Shown: one piece after another, positions 34,901 to 48,823 of the stretch | Numbering within the stretch: the stretch's first letter is position 1 | Layout of the letters: every line of letters starts with the position of its first letter | Source of the DNA: Catajapyx aquilonaris | Taxonomy: Eukaryota | Assembly (NCBI GenBank): GCA_000934665.2 | Contig: JYFJ02001035.1 | Coordinates: 1-64,000, forward strand | DNA length: 64,000 nucleotides | Direction of reading: 5' to 3' | Translations under genes and position numbers: made by a program | The notes under the pieces: model-generated | The model's input: only the letters and a program-made list of their open reading frames with translations | Databases searched by the model: none | Told to the model about the DNA's origin: nothing

Positions 34901-37355
34901 GCGAGCGCTGATTGGGCTGGCCGAGCAGGTTTGGCGAGCGTGGTGTGCGTGGCAAATGTGTGTACAGTACTCGAGTGTAGATGGTCGAATGACGAGTGCT
35001 GATCGTCCATTAGCACATGCGGAGCTTGTTAGTCGGACGCTGCCAAATGCTTTATGCCTTGCCATTCCGCCCACTAATCTGCACTGCTGCTGGTACCCCT
35101 CCCGAAAGTGCCTTATCGCCTGTAAATCTAATATTCCCACAGCCGCCAGGAGCCCCCCCTAGTTCGCTCGGATTACTCCAATTGCCCAAGCAAATTCCAG
35201 CACAAGATAGGGACAATCTGCAACAAACGACGTCATCATTACTGAAAATATTGTCAATTCTCTCTAATGACGTTTAGGGAAACATGATTGGCTTCGGAGG
35301 AACCTAATTTGTTAAAATGGCTGGCAGTTGGTTACGCTCACTCCGGGGCGATCAGGCAGGTGTGATTGGTTGCAGTGATTGTTCCGGCACTATTCCGGGG
35401 CGACCAGGTAGGCGTGATTGGTTGGAGTGATTATTCTGAGGCGGTGATTGGATGCTTCAATGACAAAGCTCCATAGCGACTAATGAGTTCCTGAGGTGTG
35501 TCTTAAACATACGTCCAATGCCTTTAGGTGCAACCCCGAGGTGTGTGGGCTATTATCCTCTCCCTTCTTACTGACCACTGGGCAGTTTCAAGCTATATAG
35601 CCCATTTGTAGCCTTCCGGCGGAATGAGGGCCGCCTGATATAATGATCCTCATTAATCTCTGCTAGTGTCAAGCACCCCCACTCTAGACCCTCCAGTAAG
35701 CAACCTGTAAACTGCATCGGAGAGGATTCCACGTCAACCAACGCGCTTCTTGGCATACCCAAAACCTATTGTTCCTTCTCGCATACCTGAGCATCTGACT
35801 AATGAACGTCACTCATATGACTTAGACTATTCGATTTATAGGCCGTGAGTTGAAAGGAAGAAGGGATTTCCGTTGGAAATGGCGGGAGAAAAGTAGATTA
35901 GAGCCTAGGCAACCCTGGCAGAAGCGCTGGGCTTTTGTGTTACTGCCTACTTTGCCTGACTGCTCTGCTTTCAAGGACTTAACGGCTCACTATCCTCTTC
36001 GTACATGCCCCCAGATTTACTCTGGGTCTGTGCATTTTGTCCAGGTTTTCAAGGAGATTTATTTTCCGGGGGATGGACGCTTTTTTGCAAAATTCGCCAG
36101 TTGCGAATATTCAATATTGAGAGCTTTTAATACGGGTGGGTTCCATTGACAACGTATTGAATTAGATGAATGGCCCTTAACACGATTGACTTCTGATGTG
36201 AAACTATTGCAAAAAACAAACTTGTTTTTGCAATATTTTCCACATTGATCAAGCTTGATTTTGGTTCGATGAGTGCTAGAGAAGGGTTCATGCATTTGTT
36301 TGCTCTCTGCTTGATTTCACCTCTGGTTGTTGACTTAGGGCTTCCAACCAGATACTTCATTTTCAAGTACATGAAGTACCAAGCCATTGTTGAGGTTTTC
36401 ATGTTTTTGTGCATTGATATGATTTTACATTGTGGTTTTCATACAGAGTCTTGCTGATTAGTGTCGAATAACACTTTAACAAGTACCATAGAAAATTACC
36501 ACCTCCACCAATACAAAATAGACATTCGAGCAGTTTCTGCATTTGCTCTAATTGGCACTCGATGAAAATCGAAACCCCCCTAACTTGGCATATGCTGCCT
36601 TAAATTCCAAAACCAGGGAGTTATTCACCGAAAAGTTTCAAATTCAACCCCGTGAGCTAATTTGGTGCCAGTGCGGTAGGAACGCAATAATGTCCCACAG
36701 AATAGTGGGAGGGTTGAGTGGGTGGTAGGGGCCTGTTGGAGTGAGCTTTTAACGCCACGTAAAGGAAGCGTATGTCAGGGTTTCCATTTTGCAGGCAATT
36801 TGGAAGGGTTTGTCGGGAATTAGAGCTGGTGCAAAATAGTGAGCTCTTTTATGATGGCTGGAAGAGTTGGATAAAAAAAAAAACGTTTTTTTTTTTTGTT
36901 GGAAGCATGGATGGGGAAGAGGCACGCGATGGGATTGAGAGAAGGCTGCCACAGACGATACTTTGTTTCTTTATCTACGCTTCAGACATGGGCGTTACCT
37001 CCCATTTAAAGTTGTTACTGGCAAAGGGGAGAGCAAATTACCTGTGGTTCCAGGGGGAGCCCAGAGTCGAGCACACCCGGGCAGTAAAACCCTGTGGACC
37101 ACTGGCGGCTTCAAATGCGCTCAAAATGACCTTTTAAATGCGAATTTGCGAGCATTTTGATTGTTACAATAATGCCGCAAAGTGGATCGGTGTTGTATTC
37201 ACCCTAGGGGTACAGTACTGGAATGTATTAAAAGTACAGACGTGAGAAAATAGAATAGTAATAGCTTGTGGTTTTAGTAGGTACAACTTTCTCATGCTTC
37301 ATTATAACCGTACCAGCATTAAAACGGGCGAAATTGGCCACATTACAGTCGATAG

Positions 37356-37419
37356 GCTTAAACGCTATTTTTCAATAACGTTTAATCCCATTGAGGTTAT
37401 TGAAAAATAGCATTTAAGC
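37356..37419. repeat. 24-bp inverted repeat with 16-nt loop
   Basis: GCTTAAACGCTATTTTTCAATAAC / GTTATTGAAAAATAGCATTTAAGC, one mismatch. Confidence 0.85.
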
Positions 37420-40400
37420 ATATTCACTGCTCTTTAACAAAAATCCGTTAATTTTAACGATTGTGGTGAGTTGTACTGCTTTAAATGAACACTCCAGCTC
37501 AATATGGAACTACCCTAAAAGCAATTGTCGAACCCAGCGGTTAGGCATACCTGCACTTGATAAGTTTTGTCGATAGCAGTTTACCTCGGATGTTGTAGGC
37601 CGTAGTTTGAGTGGTTTGAAGGATGCTGAGCTGTCCTTCGCGAGTCCCTAAGGACTCCTCCTGATGTCAGAGTGCGGGGCAGTCATAATGGTGGTAGGGA
37701 AAAGCTGGGCAAGAGGAAGACCGGGGGACCCGGACCATCATCGATCTCGTCTGCAGCCAGCACTCTACTGGAACAAAAGAGCCCTACGTGGCTTCGCTTG
37801 GGATTTTCCTCTCCTATTCTCTCACCCAACACTTGAACTGTGTCGCCATTCCAACCTTTCAAATGCTTTGCAGCACTGTTACACTCGATGGTGAAACTAC
37901 CCATGTTTATTTTGTCCGAAATGGTTGTAGTAGACAAAAATATTCCAAACATTTTGTTGCTTAGAAGAATTTAGCAGTGATGAATTTGGACTCCCCTAGT
38001 GCAATAGCTTCATTAGAACCAAGGTGGCATTTTTTTTGTGAACGCAAGTGGTACTTTATCAACCTGAGCAGACTATGGGGAAAATAAGCGAGCTAGGCAA
38101 ATAAACTTTGTGCACGTAGCTGTCACAAAACAGCACACATGCTTCCGTGTGGAACGCGCTTGTGACGGGAAGAAAAATTTGAGTTTAGTTTTTTATGGAA
38201 GAAGATATAGGTATTGTCAAGAAAGATAGTATAGGACGTGAGAAATTGCACAGAGGTTATAGATGTTTTAATTTTCTATGGAGATGTGAAATTTATCTCT
38301 TCATCTGTGTGTGTTTTATGAATGGCTCGGACCATGTGAGAAAGTTGGTAAGAAGGTGGAAATGGGGAAAAGTCACGGGGAGTGCGTCACGCGAGTTGGA
38401 CGAGGTTAAAATTCAGAGTTATGACCTCTAAAAATTTTGAGTGCTCGATTAATGCCGGAATGCTTTTCTTTCCAAAAGTCGGATTGATGGTACAGTCTGC
38501 GACCAAGGAATTTCCTAACACCTGGTATGAGGATTTGCTGAGTTTTCTGGCCAATTAGGCCTTCTTCCAAGTTAGCTTAACTGCAAGAAATAAGGAATGG
38601 GCTAAGGGTCCGACGGCACTTCCCCAGGAAATTTTCATAATTAACAGTGAAAATATGCATTTTCTCGAAAGTTAGTGCTTTGGAAGGGAAAAGGATTAGT
38701 TTAGTTTAAAGGAGAGCAACCAGGGTAAATCGTAAGCCACATAGGTATACATAAACTCTCCCAAGGTGTGAGAATTTCCAAGTGGACAATATGGACTCTG
38801 GTTTCTATGAAACACCCCCTTGGGGCTTCCATCGCCAGCAGCCTCCGCTCTAGAGGCGGTCAATAGTCCGGACCTAAATTATCTCCATTATGCACGCCAA
38901 CCACACCTGCCAAACACCCCAACCAATCCCTGCTTTTGTTTGCATTTCACGTGACTCGGAATCCGATTCTCTTTCAAGTGCATGGCTCATTGCGGAGATC
39001 AACATGTTTCCGGCTCTCGGTTTTTTTACCCCCTCGTTGCACATACACATAGTGTCAGTTAGACCCCTATTTATAACTTTGTGTTGGGCGCAAACTATGA
39101 AGGATCACCAATAGGTTTGAAATCGGAGGTGGGGCTCACGCGAAGAGAAGATTGGCGGTGGGGGAAAAGGCAAAAGCTTATACATCACTGTCATGGGGAT
39201 TGGAAAACTACGAGGCTCATGTCCCTATCTCAATCTAATCCGGGATTAAAGCTCCGCCTCGTTTATTTAAGGTCCAATTTCAACAAGTTTCGTTATTACC
39301 TGTAATATGACACCATCCGACCGTTAGGACCGTTAGAACCTAACCGTCCTAACGGTCCGTAGGGCATGCTCCGACAAGTGGACAAACGGTTCGTGAATTA
39401 TTACAATATCTTTTTAGGCCCCCTAGCAATGTCGCACTTTGCTCAAGTCTAGTATGAGATTAATGGGGGTTGCTTTAGATAAGGGTTGTCCGTGCCCGCT
39501 TGCGCTCTGCCACTTTCTTCCTAACTCATTTCTCATTCGTGGTGTCGCAACGGTGCCTTCTGGTGCGACCCTCGCTAATTAGAAATGTCACGCCAGGTAA
39601 AAACAGTCCCTAAACCCCTTTCTCATCCTTTTCCAAACATGTCTGTCTGCTGGAAATGGTCGTTCTCAGAGCATCACCTTGGTTTTAGCTCCTCACTGTT
39701 GTACCAGATCCATTAAAATGTACAGATTTTCACAGTCTGAAGCAAGGCAAGGAATTATCGGAAGGCAAGTCTTCCGGAAAAAAATCCTTTGCGCTCCCAA
39801 TTAAAAATTCATTGAACGCTCGCTCTTATAATTATACCCAATTCCCCCTCAAGCCTTTGTCTTCGCTCCAAAGGCGTTGCCTTCCTTTTTTTTTCTATAC
39901 TGTTCAGAAATTTTTGCACAATTTTTCCACGGAAGTTTTCGTGTTATCGGCCTAAAAAAGTGGGTGAGGCTTGTGGGGGTAAGGCCCAATTATTATTTGG
40001 TGATTAGGTGGATGGTCTTCCATCAGATGTGGACGCGCTGAATATACAGAAAAAAATGGAGGCAGTTTTAGAAGGCAAGATGGATGAGATCGATCATGAA
40101 AAAGGAAGGGGTGCACCTAAGTTGTCATTTCTTATCAATTTCGTCAGGTAGAAACCCTTTTCTTCCTGATTGCAAAAGCTCTCTGGAGACTTCCTGTAGG
40201 CCTATAGTCGTTATCATCAGAATTTGCCATTAATTATAAAATGTGAAAAATTATTTCCAGAACATGAACTGGCAATTATTGCATCAAACTTGATTTTTAA
40301 CCAAAATCCTAAAAATGGCAGAAAAATGTAAACATATCTTTAAATATTTCATCCTTTCTCATTAGCCAGGCTGAGACATCTAGGGTAATATTGTGTTCTG

Positions 40401-43400
40401 ACAGTTGTCTAGCAACCCCCATAATGGCAACTGGGACAACAATTAGTCCACATTTTGCGCCTCCTGCGGCCAAGGATCACCTCGGAGTCAAGTTCAATGT
40501 GCTAAAAAACCTTCCCAGTTAAAAACTACCCATAATGATTCCCCTGGGGCATACGTCGAGGCCTCCGTATTGATTTGCATCGGGAACGTACAGACAGACA
40601 TACGTCTTGAAATATATATTATACAAAAATAATTTAAGAATTTTGCAATATCTGATGCCTTAACTTAGGTCAGTCGATGGCCTATATATCTGACCACATA
40701 GTCCAGAACTTGGACACCAGCCTGATGCCACCTGATGACCAAACGGAGCAGAGGCCACAATGGGTTCATTAGGCGTTCCCAGAAGTCCTGTGGTACCCGC
40801 CCGGCTTCTTATTGTCCTCCAGAGATTGGATTAGGCGGCCAAAGAGTGAGTGCCCCCAACCCCAAAAGCCCCTCTCCTTCATTTTTGCTTCATCAGAGCA
40901 AGTGGACCACCACCGCGCCAGATATTGGAAAAGAAGTACAAAAAAAGAAAGTGGAGGTCTGCACCAGTCCTCTTTTATTGCCTGTTACGTGTCTCTCTTC
41001 ATAAGGCCCAACTTGGGCCCAATTAGCTAGGAATTTACTGGCTTTAGGGTCACTCACGCAACTGTCCACAAATTGGACAATTGACAATTGTGGTAGTCAC
41101 CTAGCCGTGAAGCAAGTGCGCGTTATGGTGAGGCACAATCCGGTGGTGCATGAAGAAAATGGTCTGGTTAAAATTCCGGACTTGGCGGCAGTTGACAGCT
41201 AGGGCAACTGGGCGGAAGGGGCCAATAGAATGATGGCCGGTCGCATTTTTGCTCGACGTCACTTCCAGGGGGGACAAGGAAGTAAAACGGTGGGTAGACT
41301 GGACGGCCAGACGCCAATTAACCATCCAATTAACCGAGAAATTGAGGCGTGATTGCCTAACTTCGTTATACCAGGGAGGGTGATACCGGACTTTATTTGC
41401 CGCTAATAACTTCATTACTCATGGGTGCTTTGCGGGATTAGGGATTATGCAGGTCTAGACTTGACCAAACATGTCCGAATTTATTATTTTAAAATAGGGA
41501 ATTTTTACCTCAAAGATAGATCGGTTTGAGACTGAGTTATGGACTACCTAAACTACCTAAAGCATATAGCGGAAAGAAGTACCAGCCCTTCTTTGAGGAT
41601 CCTCCAGTACGCCGAATTTATCGCGCCATATTTCTGTGCGCATGCCAGAAAACCTGAGATTTAAGGCCACGTCGAGAATGGTTTAAAGCAACGTCGGCTA
41701 TTTGCATATGAAAGGCGCTTGTAATCCTCACTTGCTCTTTCTCCTGACACTGATTCTTGCTTCCACCTCCTTCCATATCCATAGTCGCCTACAAAATTTA
41801 TAGTTAATAAAGCTCGCACCCAGATGCATCCCCAGCACCTTCTCTCATTACAAACTGGCCAGAACTGGTCAAGATTAGAGCATCAATCCTTGGGAACAGA
41901 TATGCCTGAAGGAGAAGGAAGAACTAAAGCGAGAGAGATTCCGTTTCCTTAGGCGATCAGTCGAGACTCGTCCTGGCAGGCGTTTGGCAGAAGGGGCTTG
42001 AGCTGAAACCCAATTTGCCATTAAGAAGGCGGAGGTTGAAGGGATTCTCTTTGTGCTGGTGAAGGAATCGAGTTGGACGGCTCCTCCTGGTCTCCCTGGA
42101 GGATCAGCGGGAATCCTGCACGCCAGAGACATTGCGATGCACCTACTAGATGAAAGAAGCTGAGTTGGCCCACCTTGATGGCCCGGACGCACGCAAACCG
42201 CCTTGTATATCCGGATGTTCCCATTTCTTTATTCGGAACTTATAGCGTCTCTAGCGCAGGCCTTGTCACTAGATGGCAGCCGGCAGGTAGGCCCAGGGCT
42301 CGGCCCATGGCTCTGCCCGAAGGTATCGCCATCTATCCCTCCCAAGAGTGCTTTTTTCGCCGTATACTTGTTGCCGTACAGGTCACAGAGGGGTTAGGCT
42401 GGCAGGGAAAGTCACAAGTGGTTCTAATGGCACCAACAGGACTTTCCACTCTAAGCCTGAGAGTGGGGGTCCTGGTTAAATATGTACCTCGCTCCGATAG
42501 ACCATCCGCTCAAAAAACACACTACGGATCTAGCATGAAGTTGACTCGCCTTATAACCCTGATTTCTCAGCATGGACCGGATAAGGGGACCTCGAGTCTG
42601 ATAATTGCATTATTACTTGTCGTTCACTTATTCATGCCTGTGGGTCTGCTGCATGCATATTCGTTAGCGGTTTTACAAATCAGGCGCGGCAGCTATTCGC
42701 AGAAATGCGGGGCCAGTATTGTGACATGGAAAACGCAGCGGGTCGTGACAAGACTTGCAAGTCGCGGGTGTGGATTTGGCATGCGAATTGAGAAAATCTG
42801 ACTTGTATATGCTGCTGAAGGGGGGGCGTAGAACTGTTTTCAACTATACCGAAAAATGTGGTGACTGAACCAACTTTATTGCGACGGATTGGCATTATTA
42901 TTTTTTATAACCTAGAATCATAGAGATGGGGAAACTGTCACGGAAAGGTAGTATGGCACACTATTGTCAATGTGTTGTTCTAATAATATTACACAGCAAG
43001 CCTTTTCCTGAAAATAGATCAAACAGTACTTTGTGACTCCTGTGTTAGGTAATCAGCCAATTTCACGCATATCAATCGGCTGGCACACTTCAACAGGCAT
43101 AACAGCTTTGATTTCCGGCTCCTATTACCTCCAATTCAGGATTTCCTGATGGGTCCCAGGAAGTGAATTTACCCTGATCAAAGCCAATGTGCGACCAGGC
43201 CTAGTTCCTCGGTTTGTCACGCAGGTCTTGAGGAGCCCCCCTCCAGCATCTCCAGTCCCTCGCCAGCATCCTTCAAGCCTGAGGAGATAAGGGCATCAAT
43301 CAAGATAAAAATGGATGGGAAGTAATTACGACGCTCTTCCTGCGCTCGCCGTTTCTACCTCCTGATAGATACGTGTTGTCAGGGCAACAAGGGCGGATTA

Positions 43401-45360
43401 GCCATTAAGCCGGAAGACAATTGGATTAGATGGGAGTAATTATCCAACAGGCCCACTAGGAGTCCTCTCTAACGCTGCGTCTGTAGGCACGATGACGCCC
43501 AGCCATATTTATTCTTCACACTTTGGCTCTGATTTACAGTCTTTGATGCCAATAAGGCGAATAAGCCATTTTGTGTTGTTGATAACCAACGGTTCCACTG
43601 GAGGTACCGCCCACTGGAAGTGCAGCACCTGCGCGTATACGTGCGCGTATAGGCGCGCATAGGTGCACATAGGACCAATTGGAGGGTGGAATATATAATT
43701 TAAATTTACAAAAAAAAATTAAAATAAATAAAATCCGTAAGATAAAACTACACTAGCCACCTGAACAAATTATTTAAAAACCGAACTTACAAAAGGATAA
43801 TCTGACCAAATCGTAGGTGTATCAACATTTCTTCACAGCCTAAAATTATAGCATTTTAGACTGCTTCAAGCCGGTCTATCACTCAATATGGACGCAAATC
43901 TTAAGCGCTGCTTAGCACGTAACAATGTTGTTTTAAGAGCCAGCCATGCGACGAATGAATCACGCTGTCAAATCGCACCAACACGGACAAATGTTATTTT
44001 TAGTGGTTTCGGACTGAATGGAAAACTGCAGGCGAAGAGTGCAAAAGAAAGGGCTGGTGATATATTGAGTACCCGTGGACGCCAAAGCCATTCGTGCTCC
44101 TTGGAAGTCGGATAGTAAATCGAGCGGTTTACCCCCAAACCCAACCCCTACTTTTCTCTCCAAAAAGCTCGCATGCAGTGCGTATATCTGATGCGAAATG
44201 CCTGAGCCAAATCCTAAATCGGGATCGTTAATCAAGGGCAACAACTCTGATTTATATCCATAGCACGTGTGGTGATTGAAAGTTGGCTACATTGGACATA
44301 GGCGCAGCAGGTGGAATAAAACTAGGCCTGGGCGTCAGAGTGTGGAGGAAACATGGCGGCCGAGAGAAGAGATCACTTTGGCGAGGCTCCTCCAAGGACC
44401 TGGAAAATGCCTCGGCGCTCGTTTTACAAAAACCACGTCTTTGAAGCGAGCGTCTGCTGCCTCCAAAATATGAGCTGAAAGGGATTTGGAGAGCCCGAGG
44501 TGGACTTGTGAGCAGGGAAAGGAAGGATTACCTCGGAGGCTTGCACAGGCTTTTCAATACCACTCCGGGTGTATTTTTTTGGGGGTGTCTGATACACCCA
44601 AATACCAGGTCGCATATAACACTGTGTGGTCCCAAAGAATCGACTCATTGTTGATACATTACATGACTCCATCCAAGGAGTGTCCCGGTTCACAAAGAGC
44701 CCTGTCCAACTTGTGACTTGGTTGTCACTATTGCATACATAGACATCAACATACATCGTGCTGCCAATATTCCAAAGTGCCACTTTCAACACTTTCTTGT
44801 ACTGTGACCCCGGGGCGTGCTTAAGTCTTTCGGTATCGGATTGAACCCTGGAAAAAAAGATGATGATATCCACCAGCTCACATATTTTATTCAGCTCATG
44901 CCAAAATTGATTCTATGCCAGACAATCTTTTGTTCCAAATCCGTTACATCATCTTTAAAATAATAGTCCCTCTTGCAAAGTTCTCAGCCCAAGGGAAATA
45001 CCACAAAAAGGCGGCAAGATGTGTTGCTCGAATTAATTAATACCCTCTCGACTAATCTTGTAATTAATCATCCTTCAGGACTCCTCCAAGAATGTCTTCG
45101 GGAAACAAAAGGAGAGCAAGTGTCGCTCGAAATCTCTTGGGATTTAAAAAAAAGGAAGAAAAAGCTTGAAGGTGATTAAGAGGCCCTTTGGTTCAATACA
45201 AAGGAAGCCTCTCGGGTAATCGAGCTACAAAATCTAATTTCGTTTCGAAAAAAAAAAAAAAAAAATCGCTTCAGGCATGGTAGTACATCGTATTTGTTTT
45301 TGAAGGCAGCCAACTTTGAAATGCCTGCCGCCTTATCGAGACCGCGTCAGAACTGCGTCA

Positions 45361-45865
45361 GTTGCTGGGAGGAGTCACCTTGCAGCTGTTTATGAAAGTG
45401 TGGTAAATCGGTATCTGCAGTCGAACATCTTGCAGAGTCATTTGGAGGAAACGGAGCGGAAATTGGTAGCTGGAGACGAATAATGGATCCACTTGGCTTG
45501 GCACGAGTCTAAAAGGCCAGCAGCACCAGAGTACACAAAGGGGCGGGAGAAGATGCAGGTATTCCGTGTCGAGCATCCATCATAGGGACAAAATCTGCAC
45601 TTTGACTTGTCATTCCGATGATTGGAGCTGGAGGTCGATAGGGACTGGAATTTCATTAAAGTTTTACAAGTTATAGGATAATAATAAAGATGTTCAAAAA
45701 ATTGGTAGAAAAGTCATGACATTACGATGTATCGATTCGAACATGCAGAATGAGCAGTCGGGTAGTGAACAGCTATTGTATCCAGATTTCAAAAGGTCTT
45801 GTACAACAATCACAATGCCTGATGAAAACACAGTGCCTTGACCTGAAATGAACTTGGGCAAAATC
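45361..45865 (+). pseudogene. Degenerate mariner/Tc1-type transposase fragment
   Basis: Frame from 45361 reads KLVAGDE*WIHLAWHESKR..HPS*GQ (mariner RIVTGDETWIHHYxPESKR..PSAGK). Further on, from 45793, KVLYNNHNA**KHSALT (mariner KVLFHHDNARPH). Several stop codons; no TIRs seen. Confidence 0.55.
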
Positions 45866-48665
45866 CTAATCATAAATATCGGGTAGTTCAAATATTTGAC
45901 AATGACAAAAGAGTGCTAATAACTGTATAAAGATTAGGTTTTCTCGCCTTGAAAGATTAACCCTTTCCAGGGCCAACCTCACCCCACTCCCGCCCCTGGT
46001 CCAGCCATAATCCCAAGGGTGGTATCGGACGAGATGGGAAACAGGCGGACGAGCTCCTCTGATTAAATTAACGTCGGCGAAAGGGTTTAATCCGGGGCAC
46101 AAATTGAAGATTAACTCCTGCAAGTTGGCTCTGGTAATCAAGGTTTTGCGGAGGTGGAGGGGTGCGAAGATGAAAGCTGTGCGGGAGGGGGGAAGGAGGG
46201 AACTACTTCTAAAAGACTTGATTTACACGTCCACTGCACTCTGGGAATTGTGGCGGAACAAAATCATGTTTTGCTACTGCGGCTAAATGCAGTAATCAGT
46301 AGTGAGACCTTATAATTCCCTATCCATTCAGAGAGGGGCTATTTCAAAAAAAATTATTAGTTAATCTAATTGTTCCATTTGTGCAATCAGTTACATTTTG
46401 TGGTGTACTCTGTGGTATTGCACTGTATAGTCCCAAAGCCCCTTGAAAGTAGAAAGACTGCTATATTAGAGAGGCGTATAGGTTATCTATCAGCCAGGAT
46501 AACCGTTCTTCGTGAATCAGAAAGGACAGGATTGGTTCTTGAATAATGGTTCAGAACTCCAGGGTTGGCAACCAACACTTACGATTAGGAATATTTGAAA
46601 AAGTGACTTTGACACTTCATTTTTTTTTTTTAAAGAACACCCCAGCTCAGTTCGTATCACTGAGCACATTCTTCATCTTTATATGCCAAAAAAGTAGTTC
46701 CTAGCACATAATACACTCCCTTTAATCTACGGAAAATTTTTTCCTGAGGCTCCCAAAGTTCAACAACTGCTACACACACAAAAAAGCTAAGTTTACAGAG
46801 TGCACCAAGTTAGCTTTTGATCCTGTAGGCTGATTGGAAGATGAGCTGAGTAATCCCTTCCCATATTATCATTTCGCATCTAGGTTGCACACACATAAAA
46901 AATAGCATGGCAGGAAAAGTTGGTTAGCTGCGATAAGAGAGGGGTAAGGCATGGGGTGCGGCGAATTAATTCCCAAGTCGTTCCTCATCAAGAAGGAGGC
47001 GCTAAGTTAATAAGTCGTCTGAGAGCAAGTTGGCAGGAAATTTGCATCCGACTGTGACAAGTTTGCTCCCTGTTGGGTAGACTCTAGGGACATCCATACC
47101 AGAAATGGCGACTGTTGGGGACCTCTTAAAAGGTCCACATCTACAAGCGGAGGACAGTAGATGTTTTTCAGAGGGTTACAAGTCCCGAGACGAACGTCGT
47201 ACGGTTTTCAGTATAGTTGCACTCATAAGATGCTCACGCAATTCCTTCATAAATTCAGGACAGAGTCGTCAACGTCTTTTACGAGCCTGCCACATTGCAC
47301 CGAGGGATGCAAGTCGGTTTAATGGTGCATCGTTTTCGGGTTTCTGGGAGGCGGTATCCAGGTTTTTATGTCTTTTTCAGGAAAGTTGGGAATTGTGGGT
47401 AAATGATGTTTTGAATATGTTTGGGTTAGGTAAGGGTCCAGGTGTGGTTTTGTGGACCTTGGGGGAGATGCTAATGAGACATGGAGTTAATTGCAGGGTT
47501 GCTACGTAGGGGAATTGATAATGCTGGAGTAAGTAGTAGAGGAAATCTAGGGGTTGTCGCTTAGGGAGTAGGGCAAGGATTAACGCGAAAGGGTCAAGGG
47601 TTGGTTGAAGGGAGTTTAGAGTAAGGAGTTGTTAACACTGCCCGTCTGTGAACCTAATGCGCTTGTGTTAGGAACTAGGATTGGCAGATACATGGGCCTG
47701 GCTAGTGGTAGGCCTATTAGTATCCCGTCTAATTCTAGCTTGCAGCATGAGGATTCAAAGTGATTAAACAATGTGCACATTAGAATTTAACATTTTAATA
47801 TTGAATAACTGGTTACATTTTATTGTTCCTGAAGTAGTCGTACATAAATATTTCTTCTACTCCCATAATTTGTTAATATACTGTAGGATGCAATATTATC
47901 TTACATTTCAAAAACATTTTGTGGTAATGTCGTATGGCTTGTACAGTATACTCTGATTCCCAACGGCATTTCATATTCTCCAAGGAAGCCAATAAAGCGT
48001 TTCCTTTACAGTATGAGCTCAAACTCAATTCTTGAGCTGTAACTGTAAGCATTTTCCACTAGGAAATTCGAAGCACGCTACAGTTAGAAAATTTCATTGT
48101 AAAGGAGCATGCGGGAGTAGATATTTTCAATTGAACTTTCCACTTTACAGCACCAAAATAGTTTCAGTTTCAGCCTGTTTACAAATTACTGTAAGGTGTA
48201 AGCTATCCCTTTACAGAAACACTTTCTTGACAGACTAAACAGCAGGGTGCTTATTATCACGCCTTGTTATGTCTACCCATTTGGGCACGCGTTGTATTAT
48301 AAGCTTCTCCTTGACTTACGACACGCCCCAGTGTCGCGATAAGCATCAGCGTGTCCTGCTACAACGAACCTGTGATCCGGGTATTTTGCATACTGATTGG
48401 CGTCAATCATGGCCAGCCAAAAATGCTAATGAGTTCGTTGGTTGGAGTCTAGGCGTCAAGTCCAACCCGATATCATTTGACTAGGACTTGTTGAGACTGA
48501 TGACTGTTGGCCCATCTCGTGCCAGACCCAGACCCATTTGTTAGCACGCAAGTTTGGAAAATCCTAACACGCACAGTGATTCACCACTATTTTCATTGCA
48601 ATGTGTCACTAGGTGGCAACACTGAGGGCGGTGTTGTCATTTCCATTCCTGATTTAGAAATATCC

Positions 48666-48823
48666 GAATAGAAAACTCTTGAACTCTTACGAAACGAATA
48701 GAACTCTTGAACTCTTACGAAACGAATAGAACTCTTGAACTCTTACGAAACGAATAGAACTCTTGAACTCTTACGAAACGAATAGAACTCTTGAACTCTT
48801 ACGAAACGAATAGAACTCTTGAA
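48666..48823. repeat. 28-bp minisatellite (GAACTCTTGAACTCTTACGAAACGAATA) x ~5.5
   Basis: Five identical ACGAAACGAATA cores at 28-bp spacing, with no spacers between units. Confidence 0.95.

Noticed and set aside
40575..40625. ACAGACAGACA..ATATATATTATA resembling a DINE/HINE Helitron-type end
   Set aside because: Too short; the other terminus and diagnostic repeats could not be identified.
47785..47956. Possible K2P exon 2 (E-FNILILNNW resembles the LNVLYxxNW motif and the phase fits)
   Set aside because: Weak acceptor, AT-rich sequence, wrong spacing and no pore helix or TTIG afterwards; probably coincidence.
48666..48823. CRISPR-like appearance of 28-bp repeats (also 19494-19662 and 25134-25232)
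   Set aside because: No unique spacers, no cas genes, eukaryotic context; these are simple tandem repeats.
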